Shown: positions 58,091-64,000 of the stretch, piece after piece | Numbering within the stretch: the stretch's first letter is position 1 | Layout of the letters: each line of letters starts with the position of its first letter | Assembly: GCA_964634945.1 (NCBI GenBank) | Contig: CAZWMG010000008.1 | Coordinates: 268-64,267 of the forward strand | Length of the DNA: 64,000 nucleotides | Source: an uncultured Planctomycetia bacterium | GTDB taxonomy: Bacteria; Omnitrophota; Gorgyraeia; JABMRG01 | Direction of reading: 5' to 3' | Program-made: the position numbers and the translations under genes | The notes under the pieces: model-generated | The model's database searches: none | Told to the model about the DNA's origin: nothing | What the model saw: only the letters and a program-made list of their open reading frames with translations

Positions 58091-59091
58091 GTTCGTTTAA
58101 TGGCACGAATATTTTAATAACAGGGGCCACTGGTTTTGTTGGAAGTCATTTAGTAAAAGCGTTATTAGAACATCGCCCTAAGATTAAAATAAATGTGTTT
58201 ATCAGAAAAACAAGTGATATATCCCGCTTGAATGGCTTGGGCAATATTGGTTATTTATATGGAGATTTGCGGGACAAGCACTCCTTAGAAAAATCTCTTA
58301 AAGATGTTGACGTAGTTTTTCATCTTGCGGGTATTTTGGGTAAGCACGGTGTTCCAAGAGCTAATTATTATGCTGTTAACGCAGAAGGCACCAGAAACAT
58401 TCTCCAGGCATGTGTGAAAAATGGACAGATAGGGCAATTTATATACTTAAGCAGCGCAGGTGTCCTGGGCCCTAATGTTAAAAATGCGGATGAAATGTAC
58501 CCACTTAATCCATCAAATGTGTATGAAAGAACCAAGGCAGAGGCAGAGGAGATAGCGTCTTATTATTATACCAAAATGAAAGTTCCTGTTACCATTCTCA
58601 GGCCCGAGTTTCTTTATGGCCCAGGTGACATGCATGTGCTCGGATTGTTTAAGGTTATTCAGAATAGAGTATTTTTTCTTATAGATAACGGGCAAAGTTT
58701 TCTGCACCCTACTTATATAGACGATCTAGTCAAGGCTTTGCTTAAGTGCTTTGACAATGCAGATACCATAGGCAAGGTTTATCTGATAGCGGGTGATAGG
58801 CGTGTTACGGTAAAAGAGTTTGCGAACATTATAGCCGAGTGTTTACATGTTAGACATATTAATAGATCGTTATCTAAAAAGTCAGCTTTGCATATAGCAA
58901 AGGCGCTTGAACCGATATCTGGCTTTTTAAGATTAGATCCGGCGCTTACAGAATCAAGGGTCAAGTTTTTTACAGAAAGTAGAAGTTACAATACCTCTAG
59001 GGCAAAGAATGAAATCGATTTTAAGCCGATACCTATTGAAGAAGGTATAAAAAGAACGATAGAGTGGTATAAGTTTAAAAGGTATTTATAA
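58087..59091 (+). CDS. NAD-dependent epimerase/dehydratase
   Basis: TGATGFVG, VFHLAG, YERTK, YGPGD. Confidence 0.9.
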   Translation: MSSFNGTNILITGATGFVGSHLVKALLEHRPKIKINVFIRKTSDISRLNGLGNIGYLYGDLRDKHSLEKSLKDVDVVFHLAGILGKHGVPRANYYAVNAEGTRNILQACVKNGQIGQFIYLSSAGVLGPNVKNADEMYPLNPSNVYERTKAEAEEIASYYYTKMKVPVTILRPEFLYGPGDMHVLGLFKVIQNRVFFLIDNGQSFLHPTYIDDLVKALLKCFDNADTIGKVYLIAGDRRVTVKEFANIIAECLHVRHINRSLSKKSALHIAKALEPISGFLRLDPALTESRVKFFTESRSYNTSRAKNEIDFKPIPIEEGIKRTIEWYKFKRYL

Positions 59092-59106
59092 ACAGCAATT
59101 TTATAA

Positions 59107-60234
59107 ATGTGTATGTACAAAAATAATATATTGAAAATAATTTATTACTGGATATTTGGTTGCTTATTTAGGTTGCCGCTTCACTTTGATGTTATGCCAA
59201 TAAATTTGACCTTATCAGTAACAAATAGATGTAATGCGAAATGCAGAACATGCAATATATGGAAGATATATATTGATAATCCTGATTTAGTCAAGCAAGA
59301 GCTTGATTTAGGGGAGTGGGAGAGCATACTTAAGTCTATTGGAAGCTCGCCTGTATGGATTACAATAAGTGGAGGAAATCAGTTTTTACGGAATGATCTT
59401 GTTACTATAATAGGGTACGCTGTAAAATATTGCAGGCCCTCGATAATCAATATCCCGGTGAGTGGAATATTGCCTGAAAAGATTTACGCAAAAACGGAAG
59501 AGATTCTTGAAATATGTAAAAAAAATAAGGTCAGATTGATTATGAACGTATCACTAGACGGCATTAATGAGAAGCAGGATGAAATAAGAGGCTTTAGAGG
59601 TGCTTTCACAAAGACGATAGAGACCTATAGAAAACTCCAAGAATTGCGAGATAGGTATAATAATTTTAGTGTAGGTGTATATACCGTGATTTCCGAATTT
59701 AATGTGAATAATATCCCTGTTATATGTGATTTAGTATATAATAATCTTAAGCCTGACACCTATGCCATAGAAATAGCTGAACCGCGAAAAGAATTAGGCA
59801 ATCTTTTCGCTGAGATTACTCCGACTGCCGGAGCTTACAGAGACGCTGTTAACTATTATCAAAAGAAATTTGAAAAAAAGAACGATGGTATCCTGTATTT
59901 AAAGCAATTGATGCGAAGAAGATATTATTTTCTGATTGAAAAAGGCACCAAAGTCCCATGCCGCGCCGGAATAATCTCAGCGCAGATATCACCTTATGGC
60001 AATGTTTGGCCATGTTGCACCAGGGCAGAGGTAATGGGAAATTTGAAAGAGACAGGATATGATTTCAGGAAAGTATGGTTTAGCAGAAAAGCCGCTATTA
60101 TAAGAAGTGCTATTAAGAAAAGGTCATGTTATTGCACCCACTCTAATCCATATTATACAAATATGTTATTTCATCCGAAAAGCCTTATGGATTTATGCCT
60201 GGATTTTTTAAAGCATTTTATGAACAACTTATAG
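59107..60234 (+). CDS. Radical SAM/SPASM protein
   Basis: CNAKCRTC; C.AG...ISPYGNVWPC..MGNL. Confidence 0.9.
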   Translation: MCMYKNNILKIIYYWIFGCLFRLPLHFDVMPINLTLSVTNRCNAKCRTCNIWKIYIDNPDLVKQELDLGEWESILKSIGSSPVWITISGGNQFLRNDLVTIIGYAVKYCRPSIINIPVSGILPEKIYAKTEEILEICKKNKVRLIMNVSLDGINEKQDEIRGFRGAFTKTIETYRKLQELRDRYNNFSVGVYTVISEFNVNNIPVICDLVYNNLKPDTYAIEIAEPRKELGNLFAEITPTAGAYRDAVNYYQKKFEKKNDGILYLKQLMRRRYYFLIEKGTKVPCRAGIISAQISPYGNVWPCCTRAEVMGNLKETGYDFRKVWFSRKAAIIRSAIKKRSCYCTHSNPYYTNMLFHPKSLMDLCLDFLKHFMNNL

Positions 60235-60259
60235 AATATAATAAGGGGGTCGACGTTTA

Positions 60260-61456
60260 ATGCACAAAGATAATATGATATTAATAAAAGAGAAGACAAG
60301 AAGCCTATGCAATATATGCCATAATGAGATAGACGCCTCTGTTTATGAGGACAATGGAAAGGTATTTTTAGAAAAGGAGTGCCTTGCCCATGGGACAACT
60401 AAATCCATAATAGAGAAAGACACCTATTTTTATAGAAAATTAGCGCACACTAAAAAAAGAACGGAAGATAATAATTTTTACGTACTTGTCGTGCCCATAA
60501 CGTATAGGTGCAATTTAAATTGCGAGTTCTGTTTTTTGCCGCAACGGGACAAAAAGGATATGTCTTTTGACAAAATAAAAGGCATAATTTCCGGTTTTAA
60601 AGGTTATTATATTGCGCTTTCGGGCGGAGAACCTACGTTATGCGATTATCTGCCTGAAATTATTCAGTATGTACATGCTAGTGATAAAAAATCGATATTA
60701 GTTACCAATGGCCTATTGTTAAGGGACATAAATTATGTAAAGGCACTTAAAAAGGCTGGTATCGATCAGGTTGAACTTTCCTTTGATGGGTTTGGACCTG
60801 AGGCTTACGGACCATCCAAACAGCCAGAAGATATCGTTAAGGGCAAGATAGCCGCTCTAAAAAACCTGGAAAAAGAAAATATACCGACTATGCTATCTAT
60901 TACTATATATAGGAATATCAATGAGAAAGAGCTGCAAAAAGTATTTGATCTTGCGGCTAAAAGTAGCGCTGTCTTCAGATTAAAAATCAGGACATCTGTT
61001 AAGGTAGGTAAATTTAACCAAAGCATAGATAGTTATTTTATGTCGGAATTACTAGAAATGTTTTCAGATACAATAAATATAAGGCCGGGAAAGTTGTTGA
61101 GCAGTTATGCGCCTAATATTCCATATTTCAGCCCGCACGGAGTCCCTTTAAAGATTTACTACATTATTTTCAAAGGAAAGATTATAATGATTCCTTTCGC
61201 AGCAAAGGTAATCAATTTTTTCTATTATTTATCGTTTGTTTTAATGGTCCGATTTCGATTAAAAAATGTATTACCAATCGCGTATAAACTAAAGAGGAAA
61301 AAAGGGAGTTTTTTGAGGTGCCTTCATTTACAAATATGCCAATGGCCGGTTTTAGAGACTGTTGACCTTGGTGAGCTCAAAGCAGGTACCGCGCATTTTT
61401 ACGATGGACAGGTTATTAATTTTTGTCATGCTGTAATTCTTAATCAGAGATTATAA
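60260..61456 (+). CDS. Radical SAM protein with N-terminal CxxC..CxxH metal domain (Tes/MJ0619-like architecture)
   Basis: TRSLCNIC...KECLAHG; CNLNCEFC; SGGEPT; TNG. Confidence 0.8.
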   Translation: MHKDNMILIKEKTRSLCNICHNEIDASVYEDNGKVFLEKECLAHGTTKSIIEKDTYFYRKLAHTKKRTEDNNFYVLVVPITYRCNLNCEFCFLPQRDKKDMSFDKIKGIISGFKGYYIALSGGEPTLCDYLPEIIQYVHASDKKSILVTNGLLLRDINYVKALKKAGIDQVELSFDGFGPEAYGPSKQPEDIVKGKIAALKNLEKENIPTMLSITIYRNINEKELQKVFDLAAKSSAVFRLKIRTSVKVGKFNQSIDSYFMSELLEMFSDTINIRPGKLLSSYAPNIPYFSPHGVPLKIYYIIFKGKIIMIPFAAKVINFFYYLSFVLMVRFRLKNVLPIAYKLKRKKGSFLRCLHLQICQWPVLETVDLGELKAGTAHFYDGQVINFCHAVILNQRL

Positions 61457-61480
61457 ATATCATTATTTAAAGGTGTTTTT

Positions 61481-63139
61481 ATGGCTAATATAAGAACGGA
61501 TTACAAAAGCAATGACTATAGCAACCAGAGAGGGCATATAGTTTCGTTTGGACTTTTACTTTTTATTATCACGGTAGGATTTATTCTGCGTATTTATAAT
61601 ATTGATCAATATCCATTGTGGTTTGATGAATTGGCATCCAACCGTTTTTCAGCAGAACTTGTTAATCTTATAACTAATTTGCATGGACACGATTCAGTTA
61701 TTGACCATTTTTCATATTATTGCAGTTCAGATCCATCCTCGATTTTCTATTATTTGATTGTATTTATTTACAGCCTTTTTTTTGAAGGCGGCCAATCATT
61801 AAGGTTCATATCAGTTATTTTTAGCGCATTTTCCTTAGTAGCATTCTATTTATTCGCTCGTTTGTTCTTAAATAAAAGGGGCAGTTTGTATGCTTTATTA
61901 ATGATGGCTATCAGCCCTTTTTATCTATGGTATGCTCAGGAGGCAAGGGTATATTCGATGGCTTGTTTCTTTGCGATTCTAACATTGTATTTTTTTGTTA
62001 GGGCGATTAGAAAAAGCAAGCCAATTTTTTGGTTTTTTTTCACGCTTTTCGCTATTTTCGCCCTATATGCCAGTTATTATTTTTCTATACTGCTTATCGT
62101 TACAGGAATAGTTGTACTGCATAAGGAATACCGACGATGCTTTAAGCTATGGATGGTTTCAGTTGCTGTTATTGTAATTTCATTTCTGCCCAGCGTATTT
62201 CTTATTAGAAGTAATTTATGCATTGTAAAAAACCAATTCTGGCTCTATTTACCAAACTTGAAGACCGTGTTTACGACATTCTCAGTTTTTAATTTTGGCT
62301 ATTCGGCTTATAAATGGCAGTATTATTTGGGCACGACCTTTTTTTTAGGGCTGCTCATTTATGGTACGTATTCATGCTGTCGGAAAAGTAAGAATGATGC
62401 AGCAGTTTTGCCAATCTTGTTTTTTATACCTCTTGCGCTAATATACGCGCTTTCTTTTTTATTCATGCCTATTTATATAGACAGGCAGCTTATTATTTTC
62501 TCCCCGCTTTATTATCTTTTGATAGTACAAGGATTGAGCAATATTAAGAGAAGATCTAGCCAAGTGATATTGGCAGTTATTGTTTTGTTTTTAATTATTT
62601 CCTCAGCTATAAATTATTACCGAGGGTTTATGCTTTCGAATTCTTATGGAAACGATTTTTATGTTGGGGTTCATTATAAGAAAGATTACCGGGGGCTAAT
62701 GGAATATATTGAGAACAATCTGAATCCCGATGACTTTATTATGGCTACAGATGCTCAGTCGTTAGTCATTGCTACTAATTATTTTAGTCCTTACATTAGT
62801 AATAAAAAGATTATAGGCATAGGGCAACTTTTTTATCCTTATATTTTAAATAGTTTTGATAGTATTAGCGCAGAGCTTGGACTCAACGAATGGGAAGTTA
62901 TTAAGGCAAGTAAGGCATTATATATTAGGTGGTTTAAAAGCGAAAAAGAATATCTTCAGAAAATAAGCCCCGATTATTTGTCCTCAAAACGCATATGGCT
63001 TATTTCTTCCACATGGGAGAGAAAGAATTATCGGAACCACAATTATTTTAAAGTAAAAGAATGTCTTTTAACGAGTCACCGGCAAGATTTGTCTATGAGC
63101 AAAGATGGTATATTTCTTGAACTTTACAATCTGGAATAG
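61481..63139 (+). CDS. GT-C membrane glycosyltransferase, paralog of 52442..54073
   Basis: LWFDELASN, DPSSIFYYL, QEARVYSM, DFY.G.H.KK.Y and KDGI shared with the paralog. Confidence 0.82.
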   Translation: MANIRTDYKSNDYSNQRGHIVSFGLLLFIITVGFILRIYNIDQYPLWFDELASNRFSAELVNLITNLHGHDSVIDHFSYYCSSDPSSIFYYLIVFIYSLFFEGGQSLRFISVIFSAFSLVAFYLFARLFLNKRGSLYALLMMAISPFYLWYAQEARVYSMACFFAILTLYFFVRAIRKSKPIFWFFFTLFAIFALYASYYFSILLIVTGIVVLHKEYRRCFKLWMVSVAVIVISFLPSVFLIRSNLCIVKNQFWLYLPNLKTVFTTFSVFNFGYSAYKWQYYLGTTFFLGLLIYGTYSCCRKSKNDAAVLPILFFIPLALIYALSFLFMPIYIDRQLIIFSPLYYLLIVQGLSNIKRRSSQVILAVIVLFLIISSAINYYRGFMLSNSYGNDFYVGVHYKKDYRGLMEYIENNLNPDDFIMATDAQSLVIATNYFSPYISNKKIIGIGQLFYPYILNSFDSISAELGLNEWEVIKASKALYIRWFKSEKEYLQKISPDYLSSKRIWLISSTWERKNYRNHNYFKVKECLLTSHRQDLSMSKDGIFLELYNLE

Positions 63140-63341
63140 AACAATATATTTAATTCTAATATGCCGATAAATAACGTTAGCAAATTCTAAAAAAGCGCCA
63201 AGCTTTAAGATGTTTAAATAGACATAAATAAATTTTTTAGTCTACTATGAAGTTTTATGTCTTTATGCTTGGATTTTTTAAGATATAATATAATGACATA
63301 GTTGTAAATATCAACATAAGTTACTAGATAAGGTAGATCAT

Positions 63342-64000
63342 ATGGGTGGAGGTAATTTAATATTGTTAAAGCAAAAAACAGAAAGCTTATGCAACGTATG
63401 CTATAAAGAGATAGAAGCTTCTGTTTATGCTATTAACGAGAAAGTGTTTCTGGAAAAAAATGCCCTATTCACGGAACATTTAAATCAACCGTAGAATCAG
63501 ATATCGATTGCTATAAGAGACTTGCGCATTTAAAGGATAGGCCGTTTGAGGATAAGAATTTTTGTGCGCTAGTTATACCAATAACTTATAAATGTAACTT
63601 AAATTGTGAGTTCTGTTTTCTGCCGCACCGGGAAAAGAAAGATCTGAGCCCGGAAACAGTAAAAAAAATAATCTCTAATTTTAAAGGGCCCCATATAGCG
63701 CTTTCAGGTGGGGAGCCTACATTATGTACATATTTGCCAGAGATTATCCAGCATGTACGGGCAAGAAAAAAAAAGTCGATATTAGTTACTAATGGATTAC
63801 GGTTAGTGGATATCAACTATGTTAAAATGCTTAAGAGTGCGGGCCTTGATTACGTGGAACTTTCTCTAGATGGGCTTGACTGGAGGGCTTACGAATCGCT
63901 AAAGCATCCAGAACGCGTTTTTAAAGATAAGATGGCCGCATTAAGGAATTTAGAAAAAGAAAATATACCAATTACCTTGTCGGTTACTTTATATAAAGGC
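63342..64000 (+). pseudogene. Paralog of 60260..61456 radical SAM, frameshifted at A7 (63454-63460); runs off window end
   Basis: The ATG 63342 frame gives TESLCNVC..VFLEK, then hits a stop. The -1 frame continues CPIHG...CNLNCEFC..SGGEPT open to 64000. Confidence 0.8.

Overview
64 kb bacterial window, almost entirely + strand. The gene content suggests the PVC superphylum, probably Candidatus Omnitrophota; this is inference only. (1) 1-19.0 kb is a giant surface-protein locus containing a complete diversity-generating retroelement (DGR): avd, TR 6666-6791, a DGR reverse transcriptase and two FGE/C-type-lectin target genes whose VRs differ from TR at 18 adenines. The most striking observation is that the three flanking surface-protein genes look like pieces of ONE giant ORF interrupted twice, in frame, by circularly permuted cassettes. 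Each cassette reads [3' half of a GGxGDGW-capped domain - DGR target - signal peptide + 5' half of the same domain]. (2) 19-21 kb holds a RAYT transposase with REP-like palindromes and a peptidase. (3) 21-38 kb holds a REC-GGDEF gene and a divergent F-type ATPase set with no a-subunit, interleaved with type II secretion/pilus genes; the spacers are full of heptamer arrays and palindromes, plus a GIY-YIG element. (4) 38-49 kb holds glnS, a TPP riboswitch split by a ~153-nt self-folding insert, thiESGHF, fbaB, gpmA, tRNA-Leu(GAG) and a MOMP-like porin. (5) 49-64 kb is an envelope glycosylation/modification cluster (GT2, three GT-C, sulfatase/phosphodiesterase, epimerase, radical SAMs), whose last radical SAM gene is frameshifted at an A7 run. 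All alignments were done by eye and no databases were searched.
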